Part shown: positions 7,873 through 17,896 of the stretch, piece by piece
How the letters are laid out: each line of letters opens with the position of its first letter
Position numbering within the stretch: the first letter of the stretch is position 1
Assembly: GCA_965203555.1 (NCBI GenBank)
Contig: CBDBCY010000004.1
Coordinates: forward strand, 800,001-864,000
DNA: 64,000 nt
Reading direction: 5' to 3'
Origin: Acidimicrobiia bacterium
GTDB taxonomy: Bacteria > Actinomycetota > Acidimicrobiia > Spongiisociales > ZC4RG35
Translations under genes and position numbers: made by a program
Notes under the pieces: model-generated
What the model was told of the DNA's origin: nothing
The model's input: only the letters and a program-made list of their open reading frames with translations
Databases searched by the model: none

Positions 7873-10764
7873 TCAGTCAAACGATCCGCTGGGAGGAAGA
7901 GCTTCCTCGGCCAGTGTCGCGGCGATCTCGACCAGGGGCACAGCTCTTTTCTCTTGCTTTTCTCCGAAGCGGCGCAGTCCCACGGTGTTGTTACTGACAT
8001 CCTGATCGCCCACCACCATCACAACCGGGTGTTTGGCGGTCATTGCTCTCCGTATCTTCTCCCCCAGACGATCCGACGAAGCATCCACCCTGACCCGCAA
8101 ACCCATTGACTGCAGCTTGTCCGCCACCTGTCGCGCATAGTCGAGGTGACGGTCGGCCACCGGGTTGACCGTGACTTGGATCGGCGCCAGCCACATGGGG
8201 AATGCTCCCGCATAGTGTTCCACCAGCACCCCGAAGAACCTTTCTATCGATCCCGCCTTGGCGCTGTGAATCATCACCGGTCTTCGAAAGACATTGTCGG
8301 CGCCGGCGTATTCGAGACCGAAGTTGTCGGGAAGGGCAAAGTCAACCTGGATGGTGGACATCTGCCAGCGTCTCCCGATGGCGTCCCTGACGTGAACGTC
8401 GATCTTGGGCCCGTAGAACGCTCCCTCGCCCTCTGCCACCCGGTGGGATACTTCTCCCTTCTGCAGAGACTCCAGGAGGGCCTCCTCGGCTACCTCCCAC
8501 AACTGGGGATCTCCCACGAATTTGTCTGGTCGGGTGGAGAGATCCGCCTCGAATTCGGAAAACCCGAAGTCCTGCAACCAGCTGAGAACGAAGAGCAGAT
8601 GCATGTCCAATTCAGCCGGCAACTGTTGACGGGTACAGAAGGTGTGGGAGTCGTCCTGGGTGAAACCTCGGGCACGCAACGCACCGTGAATCACTCCCGA
8701 ACGTTCATAGCGATAAACCCCGCCCAATTCCGACAGACGGATCGGCAGGTCCCGGTAGGAGCGACCCCGGCTGCGGTAGATCAGCACATGAAACGGGCAG
8801 TTCATGGGCTTTACCAGGTATTCATCACCGCCGTCCAGAACCATCGGCGGATACATGTTCTCTGAATAGAAGTCAAGGTGACCTGAGGTTTCCCAAAGTT
8901 GGCTACGAGCCAAGTGGGGAGAGAAAACAAACTCAAACCCGAAGCGTTGATGGAGTTGGCGGCTGTGATCTTCCATCAACTTCCTTACCATCCCCCCCTT
9001 GGAATGCCATACCATTAGTCCCGCCCCCAACTGCGGGGGGAAGGAAAACAAGTCCAATGCGGGTCCCAATCTGCGGTGATCCCGTCGCTCGGCTTCTTCC
9101 AGACGGTGCAGATACTCCTTCAAGGCGCGGGGGGACTCCCAAGCCGTTCCATAGATTCTCTGCAATTGCGGTCTGTTCTCATCGCCCCTCCAATAGGCGC
9201 CGGAAGACCGAAGCAGTTTTACAGCTTTGAGTCTTCCAGTGGAAGGTACATGCGGACCGAGACACAAATCAACGAAACCGTCATTTGAGTAAACAGTTAC
9301 TTCCTCTCCTTCCGCCACTTCAGACGAATCGACCGACTCGATGATCTCCAATTTGAAGGGATGTGACCGGAACACTTCCAACGCCTCGGCCCGGCTCATC
9401 GATCTGCGTATGAAAGGCTGATCAGCAGCAATCAACTGATCCATTCTCTCTTCCAGGCGGGACAGGTCTTCGGGCGAGAAAGGCTGATCGATCCCGAAGT
9501 CGTAATAGAAGCCGTCTTCAATGGGAGGGCCGATCGCAAAGGTGGATCCGGGGAAGAGGTCCAGCACCGCCTGAGCGAGCACATGAGCAGCCGAGTGCCG
9601 CATTACGCGCCGACCTTCTTCGGTCCGGTCAGTGACTATCCGAAGTTTTCCGGACCTTCGAAGAGGTCGACCGAGATCCATCAACTCGCCATCAAGCTCG
9701 ACAGCCACTGCCGCTCTGGCCAGCCCAGGCCCGATCCGGCGGGCCAACTCCTGGCCCGTGATACCAGGTTCGCCCGTCCGGAGACTTCCGTCGGGCAATT
9801 CCCACCGAAGCGTCACGTCTCTTTCCTCAACTCGACGTAAAAGGGTACCCGCTCCCGCCGAACTCGAACGCTCATCCAGAGTCAGCAGATAGGAATGGTC
9901 GCTGTGATGATGCCGAAATCCCATGGACCGATACATATTCAGGGCAGCCACATTCCCAGCGTCCACATAGAGAACGCAAGCTCGGGCGTGATGGTAGGTA
10001 TGCATGTGTCTGATGCCCTCCAACAGCAACGCCTTACCCAGACCCATCCGCTGGTATCCCGGCACCACGCCGATCACATAAATCTCCCCGGCTCGGGGAG
10101 AAGGCACCTTGGTCCAACAGAATCCGGCCAGCACCTCGCCGTCCCAGGCCATTCTCAAACCCTCCGAGGAGAACCAGGGACGCCTCCGGCGGCGGTCCAG
10201 ATCATTCAACCTCCAATTCCCGTTCTCCGGGTGGCCGGAAAAGACCCGGTTGTTCCCCTCCAACCAGGCCTCCTCGTCAATCCCTTCCCGAAAACCCCTC
10301 ACCTCTATACCAGGAGGAAACCGCGGTAATGCGACCAGGGGAAGGGGGGCACGCATGTGATGCAACTCGCGTTCCAGGCCAAAGCCTGCCCGCTCAGCGG
10401 CGTCTGCCACCTGTGGAATATAAGCCCACAGGCGGATCCCCGACCCACCTCGGATCTTCACTTCGCGTCGCACGTTCTCCAAGAGTTCGTTAAGGACCGA
10501 CTCCATCCGGTAGTCGGGATGCACCGCCGCTTCCACAGTCCACAATCCCTGGTCTTCCTCAATGAAAGCCAGATACGACACAATTCCGCCGTCACCCTCC
10601 GCCACCAGCCCTGCAGTCTCGGCGCCCATGTCGACCGGAGGCTCCACCAGATAGAAGTGCTTTCGCTCTCCCAAAGCCGGGTGGAGATCGTGTTCCTCAA
10701 TGTCGGCAATCAACTGGCGCAGAGCATCAAGATCGGTCTGCAGATCTACGCTACGCAGGTTCAA
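7873..10764 (-). CDS. thrS: Single ORF: MshD-like mycothiol synthase (tandem GNAT, about aa 1-297) fused in frame to threonine--tRNA ligase (from about 9816)
   Basis: N-part: F..HPE.G.W, PWF..EG, LAGFCWTK, GEIYVIGV, LYVDAGN; C-part: TGS domain, RHSAAH, DLCLGPH, RDHR, KPMNCPFH, AFYGPKID; no stop between them; AAGGAGG 9 nt before TTG 10764. Confidence 0.92.
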   Translation of the reverse strand: MNLRSVDLQTDLDALRQLIADIEEHDLHPALGERKHFYLVEPPVDMGAETAGLVAEGDGGIVSYLAFIEEDQGLWTVEAAVHPDYRMESVLNELLENVRREVKIRGGSGIRLWAYIPQVADAAERAGFGLERELHHMRAPLPLVALPRFPPGIEVRGFREGIDEEAWLEGNNRVFSGHPENGNWRLNDLDRRRRRPWFSSEGLRMAWDGEVLAGFCWTKVPSPRAGEIYVIGVVPGYQRMGLGKALLLEGIRHMHTYHHARACVLYVDAGNVAALNMYRSMGFRHHHSDHSYLLTLDERSSSAGAGTLLRRVEERDVTLRWELPDGSLRTGEPGITGQELARRIGPGLARAAVAVELDGELMDLGRPLRRSGKLRIVTDRTEEGRRVMRHSAAHVLAQAVLDLFPGSTFAIGPPIEDGFYYDFGIDQPFSPEDLSRLEERMDQLIAADQPFIRRSMSRAEALEVFRSHPFKLEIIESVDSSEVAEGEEVTVYSNDGFVDLCLGPHVPSTGRLKAVKLLRSSGAYWRGDENRPQLQRIYGTAWESPRALKEYLHRLEEAERRDHRRLGPALDLFSFPPQLGAGLMVWHSKGGMVRKLMEDHSRQLHQRFGFEFVFSPHLARSQLWETSGHLDFYSENMYPPMVLDGGDEYLVKPMNCPFHVLIYRSRGRSYRDLPIRLSELGGVYRYERSGVIHGALRARGFTQDDSHTFCTRQQLPAELDMHLLFVLSWLQDFGFSEFEADLSTRPDKFVGDPQLWEVAEEALLESLQKGEVSHRVAEGEGAFYGPKIDVHVRDAIGRRWQMSTIQVDFALPDNFGLEYAGADNVFRRPVMIHSAKAGSIERFFGVLVEHYAGAFPMWLAPIQVTVNPVADRHLDYARQVADKLQSMGLRVRVDASSDRLGEKIRRAMTAKHPVVMVVGDQDVSNNTVGLRRFGEKQEKRAVPLVEIAATLAEEALPPSGSFD

Positions 10765-10866
10765 GAGTCATGACCTCCTTTGAATGGACCAATTGAATGG
10801 ACCGAGCGCGGATTGAGCAGACCCTCCAATGGCAAACCCTGAACCATTCCGATCAGCAGGAAAAAG

Positions 10867-10938
10867 TGGGCGCTACTGGGATCGAACCAGTGACCTCTGC
10901 CGTGTGAAGGCAGCGCTCTCCCGCTGAGCTAAGCGCCC
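10867..10938 (-). tRNA. tRNA-Val(CAC)
   Basis: GGGCGCTTAGCTCAG..CTGCC TT CAC AC GGCAG..GGTTCGATCCC; full cloverleaf. Confidence 0.95.
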
Positions 10939-10973
10939 GCTTAAACAGAGAATGGTACCTTGATTACATTCCC

Positions 10974-11369
10974 TCAGGAACGGGTTCGGGCGATACCACT
11001 CTTGCTGAGCACGGCAGCAGCCACACCCATCTCCCGCCATGCCTTATAGGAAATACCCTTACGAGTGGAGTAAGACTTGGCCGCATTGACAAACTCTGCC
11101 TCCAGCGCATTGATATCACCCGGATCTTCCGCGCGACGTTTCTCAGCGTCGATCCGTTGTTGGATCAAGGCAAGTCTCTGTAACTGATCCGACTCGTTCT
11201 CAAGTTTCTCTTGCACTTCTTCCAGTTCCTTTTGAGGCGACTTCCGACGTCCTCGACGCCCTGCCGAGGAGTGCAGGGCCTCCAAATATGCACGCACAGC
11301 CTTCGTCTGGGCTCGGGCTGCGGCTCTCGCTGCCCGCACCTCTGGAGAAAGATTTCTCCGTTTATCCAT
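10974..11369 (-). CDS. Small basic hypothetical protein (possibly nucleic-acid binding)
   Basis: ATG 11369 after a purine-rich SD; AVRAYLEAL..GRRKSP, coiled coil, GISYKAWREMGV. Confidence 0.7.
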   Translation of the reverse strand: MDKRRNLSPEVRAARAAARAQTKAVRAYLEALHSSAGRRGRRKSPQKELEEVQEKLENESDQLQRLALIQQRIDAEKRRAEDPGDINALEAEFVNAAKSYSTRKGISYKAWREMGVAAAVLSKSGIARTRS

Positions 11370-11722
11370 CCACTCTCCCCTTTCGTTGCGAAATTGAGAA
11401 ACAATAGTAGGTGCCTTGACAATCTGCTGCAAACCGTTGGATATTGTTTTACAAGAGCAAGTAATAACCTGTGATCCACTATCTAGAGAATCTCGGCGGA
11501 GTTCTTCTTCCTTTTATGGATAAGTTTCAGAAACCATCTAAGGTTTCCCAACCCTCGCCTTCGGAAAGCGGCAACCAAGTAACTTAGTGCGACACCAATA
11601 CTCCAGTCGACACAAAGGCTGGTCCCAAGAATGCGGTGGTGCCGAGCGATGCCCGCTAGGACTTGACCTAACGAGGCCGGCGCGTCACCCGGTTCGTGGC
11701 ATTACCGGGCGACAAGAAAGAG

Positions 11723-11794
11723 TGGGCCCTAGTGGAATTGAACCACTGACCTCTTCCGTGTCAAGGAAGCGCTCTTCCTCTGAGCTAAGGGCCC
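11723..11794 (-). tRNA. tRNA-Val(GAC)
   Basis: GGGCCCTTAGCTCAG..CTTCC TT GAC AC GGAAG..GGTTCAATTCC. Confidence 0.95.
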
Positions 11795-11815
11795 CATCGA
11801 AAACACCCTTTGCGG

Positions 11816-11887
11816 AGGCGACGTCCGGAATCGAACCGGAGTAACGGGTTTTGCAGACCCGTGCCTAATCCACTCGGCCACGTCGCC
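11816..11887 (-). tRNA. tRNA-Cys(GCA)
   Basis: GGCGACGTGGCCGAGTGG..CGGGT CT GCA AA ACCCG..GGTTCGATTCC. Confidence 0.95.
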
Positions 11888-11920
11888 GCGCTCTTCCACA
11901 TCAGCGGAAAAACCTGGAAG

Positions 11921-11993
11921 AGCGGAAGACGGGGCTTGAACCCGCGACCTCAACCTTGGCAAGGTTGCGCTCTACCAGCTGAGCTACTTCCGC
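11921..11993 (-). tRNA. tRNA-Gly(GCC)
   Basis: GCGGAAGTAGCTCAG..CAACC TT GCC AA GGTTG..GGTTCAAGCCC; Gly-Cys-Val cluster typical of actinobacteria. Confidence 0.95.
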
Positions 11994-12018
11994 GGCTTGC
12001 GACCATTATAACTCGCTT

Positions 12019-12456
12019 TTACCATCCGGTGGACCCGAATCCAGCTTCGCCGCGTTCGGATTCGCTCAAGCGGTCGACAGCAACCAGGCGGATCGCCGGC
12101 ACAGCCACCACCATTAACTGGGCGATACGGTCGCCTCGGGCAAACCTCACGGTCTCCTGCGACAGATTGACCAGAATCACGGACACTTCCCCCCGGTATC
12201 CAGAATCTATCAATCCCGGACTGTTCACAACCCCGATACCAAGCCGGTCAGCCAAACCGCTGCGAGGCAGCACCAATCCCGCATATCCGTCGGGAATGGC
12301 CAGGGCCAAACCAGTCGGCAGCTTTTTGCGTTGCCCGGGCGCCAATTCCACGTCAACAGCGGTGGGAAGATCAAAAGCTGCATCACCCTTATAGGCAATG
12401 GTGGGCAAAAAGGCTTCACCTTCTATTTTTAGGACGCTAATATTGAGGTTCTGCAT
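12019..12456 (-). CDS. dut: dUTP diphosphatase
   Basis: AAFDL, PRSGLA, GLIDSGYRGE, RIAQL, RGEAGFGSTG. Confidence 0.95.
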   Translation of the reverse strand: MQNLNISVLKIEGEAFLPTIAYKGDAAFDLPTAVDVELAPGQRKKLPTGLALAIPDGYAGLVLPRSGLADRLGIGVVNSPGLIDSGYRGEVSVILVNLSQETVRFARGDRIAQLMVVAVPAIRLVAVDRLSESERGEAGFGSTGW

Positions 12457-12548
12457 AGTGGATGTCGGGCGGACACCACCCAAAGTAGGTGCTGTTGCCC
12501 AACCTTGATTTTAGAGTCCAGCGGAGCAAGCCGCGGGGCAAGCATCTC

Positions 12549-13727
12549 ATGCCCAGCAAGCAGCGACGGCCCCTCCCCCGCGTTCGGGAGCACAGCCGCA
12601 AGGCGAGTCACGGCCGTCACGCCACCCTTCTGAGTCCCGACCGCTCAGGACACACCGACCGTCAATCCGTCGATGACACACCCGACCCTAACCGTCTCAC
12701 CGTCAATGACGTCACCACCCCCGTGGGTCCCAAGGCGCCTCGTTCCTCCGGAGTAAACGGGAATGACACCTCCGCCAACGGAACGGCCGGCCATCCTCTC
12801 ACTGCCGCCCCTGACGTGGTTGTTCCCACCGCCAACGGCAGATACAAGGCAACCGAAGAAACCATCCATCACATGTGGCAGATATCGGAGTCCGCCTCCC
12901 CTCACCCCCGTCTACAGCCAAGCCCATTTCATTCGCTACGGCAGATAACCGCCCACCGGACACGTTCCGGCTTGTGGGCCACCCTGGGGTTGGTGGCTCT
13001 GGCGGCGGCAATCACCGTCGCTCTTGTGATGTCTGTAGGAGGTCCGGGACAGGACAACCCCGACGTACGCGCTGCGGTTGGGGACGCCGCCGCCGTAGCC
13101 GCCGGATCCGTGGAAGATAGCCTTGCAACTCTCGAATCCCTTCGAGCCGGAGATTCATTCACGCCAGATCTGGTTTCCTCCATCTCCGCCCTGGGAGATG
13201 CTTCCCGCAATCTGGTGGAGTCGGCTGCGGCCCTCCCCACCGATGATTCCTCTTTGGCCGAGACTCGCATGTTGGCCACCGCCCTTGCCGGTCGCGCCTC
13301 ACGTCTGGGTGAAACCTTTGGAGCGGCTTTCTCGTATCGAGGGCAATTGGGACCGAATCTGACTTTCCCCGATTTGAACGCTCCACTGGAGATCTCCAAC
13401 CTCTCCGAGAACACCACGCTCTTGACAGACTGGCAATTCCGCCTTGAACAGGCGGCCTCCTCTCAGCCCGGCCAACCGCGGCTCTTACAAAACCAGCAGG
13501 CCCTCGAAGCAACATTGCCATACATAGCGGTGCATCGCCAGGCCTACTCCGACGCGGTGGGCAACGGTCAGTTGGAACAGGCCCAAGCAGCCCTGTTACA
13601 AATAGCCTCCCTGGTGTCGGCCATCGAACAGGACTTCGACCGGGCTTACCTTGAGATCGCCGAGATCGCCGAAGCAGAAATAGCCTCCTTGACCGCCGAC
13701 CTTCAGAATCTGATGACAGGGATGTGA
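12549..13727 (+). CDS. Hypothetical single-pass membrane protein with a helical C-terminal domain
   Basis: Long ORF with a disordered N-terminus and TM segment LWATLGLVALAAAITVALV; start uncertain (12489 or 12549). Confidence 0.65.
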   Translation: MPSKQRRPLPRVREHSRKASHGRHATLLSPDRSGHTDRQSVDDTPDPNRLTVNDVTTPVGPKAPRSSGVNGNDTSANGTAGHPLTAAPDVVVPTANGRYKATEETIHHMWQISESASPHPRLQPSPFHSLRQITAHRTRSGLWATLGLVALAAAITVALVMSVGGPGQDNPDVRAAVGDAAAVAAGSVEDSLATLESLRAGDSFTPDLVSSISALGDASRNLVESAAALPTDDSSLAETRMLATALAGRASRLGETFGAAFSYRGQLGPNLTFPDLNAPLEISNLSENTTLLTDWQFRLEQAASSQPGQPRLLQNQQALEATLPYIAVHRQAYSDAVGNGQLEQAQAALLQIASLVSAIEQDFDRAYLEIAEIAEAEIASLTADLQNLMTGM

Positions 13728-14008
13728 AGTACCTGACCGGGTTTCAGGACCTTTGATTGCAACCCGTTCAGCTTTACAAATTCCCTGACCACGACCCGAA
13801 GGTCAGCGCTCTCGGGCGCAAACCGGTCAGCGATTTCCCACAGTGTTTCACCGGGTTGAACCACCACCGATTGTATGTCACGCCTCCCCGGCGCGCTCAC
13901 CGCCTCCTCCTGGAACAGAAGAAGGACTGCGCCGACGACCAACACCAAAAGGAACCCCAAAAGGAGGGCTCTTAGACCTCTCCGAGAATCTGAGTGAATC
14001 GAACGCAT
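13703..14008 (-). CDS. LysM peptidoglycan-binding membrane protein (YneA/ChiZ-like SOS division inhibitor)
   Basis: TM helix plus VVQPGETLWEIA..LNGL..LKPGQVL; divergent from lexA. Confidence 0.85.
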   Translation of the reverse strand: MRSIHSDSRRGLRALLLGFLLVLVVGAVLLLFQEEAVSAPGRRDIQSVVVQPGETLWEIADRFAPESADLRVVVREFVKLNGLQSKVLKPGQVLHIPVIRF

Positions 14009-14060
14009 GTTCGTTATGGTACAGAACATTTGTTCGATTACCAAATCGAACAAATGTTTG
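14000..14060. promoter_or_regulatory. Three LexA (SOS) boxes
   Basis: CGAAC-gcat-GTTCG (14000-14013), AGAAC-attt-GTTCG (14023-14036), CGAAC-aaat-GTTTG (14047-14060); matches Gram-positive GAAC-N4-GTTC. Confidence 0.9.
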
Positions 14061-14095
14061 GATTACCGATCGGTTGAGAGTAGGGTGGTCCAATC

Positions 14096-14731
14096 ATGAA
14101 CCGCCTAACTTCCCGACAGCGTCAAATACTGGATCTCATCAAAGAACGGATTGCCGCCCGCGGTTATCCACCCACTGTGCGAGAGATCGGAGAGGCGGTG
14201 GGTCTGGCCTCGCCCTCCTCCGTTCACGCCCAGATTTCAGCGCTGGTTAAGGCCGGCAGACTTCGTCGGGACCCCTCCAAACCGCGCGCCCTGGTTGTGG
14301 TCGAAAAAAGCCCTGCACCCTCTGCCCCGCTGTCTCCCGACCCCAAGGTCGGTCGATGGATACCCCTGCTGGGGACCATCGCCGCCGGGGACCCCACACT
14401 GGCCGAGGAAAACATCGAAGAGACCATGCATCTACCTGCCCGGCTGGTGGGCAGCGGTGATCTGTTCATGCTGGAAGTGGAGGGAGAATCCATGACCGGC
14501 GCCGGAATACTCCCCGGCGATCTGGTGGTGGTGAGAAAGCAACCTTCCGTGGAGAACGGAGAGATAGCCGCGGTCTTGGTGGACGAGGCCGAAGCAACCG
14601 TCAAAAGGGTGCGTTACCGGTCGGACGGAGGAATTGAACTGTGTTCCGAGAACCCCGACTTTCCGCCCTTCATTCCCGAGCATCCCCGGATTCTGGGCAG
14701 GGTGGTCACGGTGGTTCGCTCTCTCAGGTGA
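14096..14731 (+). CDS. lexA: SOS repressor LexA
   Basis: RGYPPTVREIG, IAAG cleavage site, GESM, EATVKR. Confidence 0.96.
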   Translation: MNRLTSRQRQILDLIKERIAARGYPPTVREIGEAVGLASPSSVHAQISALVKAGRLRRDPSKPRALVVVEKSPAPSAPLSPDPKVGRWIPLLGTIAAGDPTLAEENIEETMHLPARLVGSGDLFMLEVEGESMTGAGILPGDLVVVRKQPSVENGEIAAVLVDEAEATVKRVRYRSDGGIELCSENPDFPPFIPEHPRILGRVVTVVRSLR

Positions 14732-14852
14732 CCCGGCGCCTGCACCGATCGCACTCAACCGGTAACTCTTCCAACTCCGGCAGAACCTTCCTCATCTTTG
14801 AGCGCCCTCGCTCACCGCTGCCGCGTAGCCGGGAATACCTGTCCCAGGGAGA

Positions 14853-15599
14853 TCAACCCATCCACTCCCCGCGATACACCAACCGGGCAGGTCCGGTGAT
14901 CCAAGACGTGCCATCCTCCAACTTCACCTGGGCCAGGCCACCCGCCAAACTGACCTCTACTTCGTCACGGGTGAGACCCTGGGCCAGACCCGCCGAGGCG
15001 GTGGCCACCGCACCGGTCCCGCATGCCGCGGTCTCTCCCACGCCCCTCTCCCACACCCGCATTGATATCCGGAGGGGAGAGTCCACCACTGCCATTTCTA
15101 CATTGACGCCGGCTTCGAACTCCTCTTGCATCGCCTCGGCGGTATTCGCCAAAGCAATCCCATCCAGTGCGTCCACCCAGGTGACCGCATGGGGATTCCC
15201 CACCGACACCAGTTGATATGCCCGATCACCGATCCAGCGTTGCTCCCCTACTTTCACCGGACCCAATTCAGCGGTCACATCGGCCCCTGATACCCGAACC
15301 CTGCGGGGACCCACCGGCGTATCCACTACGAACTCCCGGCTGGTCACCATTCCAAGATCAGTGGCAAGCCGGGCGACACACCGCAAACCGTTACCGCACA
15401 TCTCAGCCGCCGATCCGTCCGCGTTGAAATAGGTCATCTTGACCCGGTCGCCGGTCTTGGAAACCACCAGCACGCCGTCGGCGCCCACCCCTCTGCGCCG
15501 ATCGCAAAGGGCCGCAATCCGGGGAGTGGAAAGCGAGCATGGTCCGGTAACCACCACAAAGTCGTTGCCCAATCCTTCCATTTTCCAGAATCTCATCAC
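14853..15599 (-). CDS. dapF: Diaminopimelate epimerase
   Basis: GLGNDF, AEMCGNG, GNPH, ERGVGETAACGTG. Confidence 0.95.
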   Translation of the reverse strand: MMRFWKMEGLGNDFVVVTGPCSLSTPRIAALCDRRRGVGADGVLVVSKTGDRVKMTYFNADGSAAEMCGNGLRCVARLATDLGMVTSREFVVDTPVGPRRVRVSGADVTAELGPVKVGEQRWIGDRAYQLVSVGNPHAVTWVDALDGIALANTAEAMQEEFEAGVNVEMAVVDSPLRISMRVWERGVGETAACGTGAVATASAGLAQGLTRDEVEVSLAGGLAQVKLEDGTSWITGPARLVYRGEWMG

Positions 15600-15611
15600 T
15601 TAACTCCCTCT

Positions 15612-16499
15612 TCAAACTCCCGAAAACACACTCCAGGCTCTGGCTACCAGTTCATTGGGATCGGAGGACCAAGGCAGCCATTGAATGCGGGGATCGCGAC
15701 GAAAGAAGGTCCGCTGTCTTTTGACCAAAGCCCTGGTGGCCCGTTCCACTTGATGAAAACCTTCCTCCTCGCCCATCTCACCCCTTACCACCGCCAGCAA
15801 CTGACGATAGCCGACTGCCTGCGAGGCCGTGGGACCCATTCGGTCGGCCAGGCCGGCTACCTCATCCAAGAATCCCTGCTGTCGCATCACTTCCAACCGG
15901 ACCGAAATCCGGTCTCCGATCTCGTCTCCGGGATCGAGTCCCACAGCCCGGAAGGGGATCATCGGACGGTAGTTCCGAACGTCGCCTCGGTCAGGTTCCG
16001 CAGCGCGTCGGGAAGGAGTCGCGCCAGTCAGGGCCAGCACTTCAAGGGCGCGGGCCACTCTCCGGGGATTAGCCAGATCCAGATGTCGCCCGGCCTGCCG
16101 ATCGGCGCACAGGAGCCGGTGGCGGGCAACTTCGGGAGTCAGTTGATCCATCTCAGCGCGTATCGCCGGATCGTGGGGAGCAAATATGAGGGGATCTACC
16201 ACTGACCGGAAGTGAAGGCCGGAACCGCCGCACAGAATGAGAGGGACCGTGGAAGCGGCGATAATATTTCTTGCTCTTCTCTGGCACTGCGCCGCGGTAA
16301 AGATCCCTTCGGGATCCACCACGTCGATCAGGTGGTGGGGGACCCGAGCCAGCATTTCGGGCGACGGCTTGGCGGATCCGATGTCCATTTCCCGGTAGAC
16401 CTGCACGGAGTCGACCGAGATGATCTCAGCCCCCAATCTCTCGGCCAACCCCATCGCTACATCGCTCTTGGCAGATGCGGTGGGGCCCACCACCGCCAT
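15612..16499 (-). CDS. miaA: tRNA dimethylallyltransferase
   Basis: GPTASAKS, DSVQVYREMDIGSAKP, KRQRTFF. Confidence 0.93.
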   Translation of the reverse strand: MAVVGPTASAKSDVAMGLAERLGAEIISVDSVQVYREMDIGSAKPSPEMLARVPHHLIDVVDPEGIFTAAQCQRRARNIIAASTVPLILCGGSGLHFRSVVDPLIFAPHDPAIRAEMDQLTPEVARHRLLCADRQAGRHLDLANPRRVARALEVLALTGATPSRRAAEPDRGDVRNYRPMIPFRAVGLDPGDEIGDRISVRLEVMRQQGFLDEVAGLADRMGPTASQAVGYRQLLAVVRGEMGEEEGFHQVERATRALVKRQRTFFRRDPRIQWLPWSSDPNELVARAWSVFSGV

Positions 16500-16507
16500 C
16501 AGCAGGC

Positions 16508-17896
16508 TCAGTACAGCCTCCCCATCAAGTGGTGTCTTCTGGCTATGGTGACCTCCGCCTCCAGAAATGTGCCCGGAGGGAATTCGCCCTTCACATGCAC
16601 GATCTTTCCTCCCCGCGTTCGCGACTTCACCACTTTGGGGTCCTTGCGGGAAGGTCCTTCCACCAGTACTTCCAGCCGCTTTCCCACCATCTCGGCATTC
16701 TTCTCCTCGGAAATCCGGTTTTGAAGTTCCACCAATCTGCGGAAGCGCTGCTTGACGATGCCAGGCTCTATGAACAATTCCGTCATCCCGGCGGCGGCAG
16801 TTCCCGGACGGGGGGAGAAGATGAACATGAAGGCTTGGTCGAAACGAGCCTCAGCAACAACCTCGAGAGTCCTTTCGAAATCGGCTTCCGTCTCTCCGGG
16901 AAACCCCACGATGATGTCGGTCGACACGGTGAGGTCCGCGATGATGCGGCGCGCCATGGCCAGCCGGTCCAGAAAGCGCCTTGCGTTATAGCCTCTATGC
17001 ATCCTGGCCAGAATCCGGTCGCTGCCGCTCTGCAGTGGAAGGTGCAACTGCTCGCACACCGCCTCGGTCTCCGCCATCGCCATCGCCACGTTCTCACGAA
17101 AATCGGCCGGATGGGGGCTGGTGAACCGGATACGGCGGATGCCGTCCACCTCTCCGACACGTCTCAGCAACTCGGCGAAAATGGGGCGACGTCGTCCTCC
17201 CAAAGCCAGATCGCGCCCGTAGGTGTCGATGTTCTGACCCAGCAGGGTCACTTCCAGCACTCCCTCCGAAACCAGTTGTTCCACCTCTCTCACGATCTCT
17301 CCGGGCCTTCGACTCACCTCCGGACCCCGCACTGTGGGAACAATGCAAAAGGTGCAGGTGTTGTTGCATCCAAGCTGTACCGTCACCCAGGCCGAGTGCT
17401 CCACCTCCCGCCGGGTGGGTAGTTGAGAGGGCATGTCATGCAGTGACTCGTAGATCTCCGTAACTCCGCCCCATTCCTGGGCATGATCCAGCAGGTCCAG
17501 TACCCGTCCCAGATTGTGGGTCCCCATCACCACATCCACCCACGGCGCTCTCTCACGGACAATCTGGCGGTCTTTCTGCGCGGCGCAACCTCCCACCACC
17601 AGCATCATGTCAGGCCGTCGGGCCTTGAGCGCCTTCAACTGTCCCAAGTTCCCGTACAGGCGGTTGTCGGCGTTCTCCCTAATGGTGCAGGTGTTTATGA
17701 AGATCACGTCAGCCTGGTCGAGTGAGGAGGCAGGGGCCATGCCATCAGATTCCAACAAGCCGGCGATACGTTCGGAATCATGCTCATTCATCTGGCACCC
17801 GAAAGTGCGGATGAAATAGACCTGCCCCTCTCTTTTGGGCATTCGGTCAGGCTGGTCAACCTTGCGGACCGGCCGGGAAAGCAAGACGGTGCTCAT
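16508..17896 (-). CDS. miaB: tRNA-2-methylthio-N6-dimethylallyladenosine synthase
   Basis: TFGCQMN, GCNNTCTFC radical SAM motif, TRAM tail. Confidence 0.95.
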   Translation of the reverse strand: MSTVLLSRPVRKVDQPDRMPKREGQVYFIRTFGCQMNEHDSERIAGLLESDGMAPASSLDQADVIFINTCTIRENADNRLYGNLGQLKALKARRPDMMLVVGGCAAQKDRQIVRERAPWVDVVMGTHNLGRVLDLLDHAQEWGGVTEIYESLHDMPSQLPTRREVEHSAWVTVQLGCNNTCTFCIVPTVRGPEVSRRPGEIVREVEQLVSEGVLEVTLLGQNIDTYGRDLALGGRRRPIFAELLRRVGEVDGIRRIRFTSPHPADFRENVAMAMAETEAVCEQLHLPLQSGSDRILARMHRGYNARRFLDRLAMARRIIADLTVSTDIIVGFPGETEADFERTLEVVAEARFDQAFMFIFSPRPGTAAAGMTELFIEPGIVKQRFRRLVELQNRISEEKNAEMVGKRLEVLVEGPSRKDPKVVKSRTRGGKIVHVKGEFPPGTFLEAEVTIARRHHLMGRLY

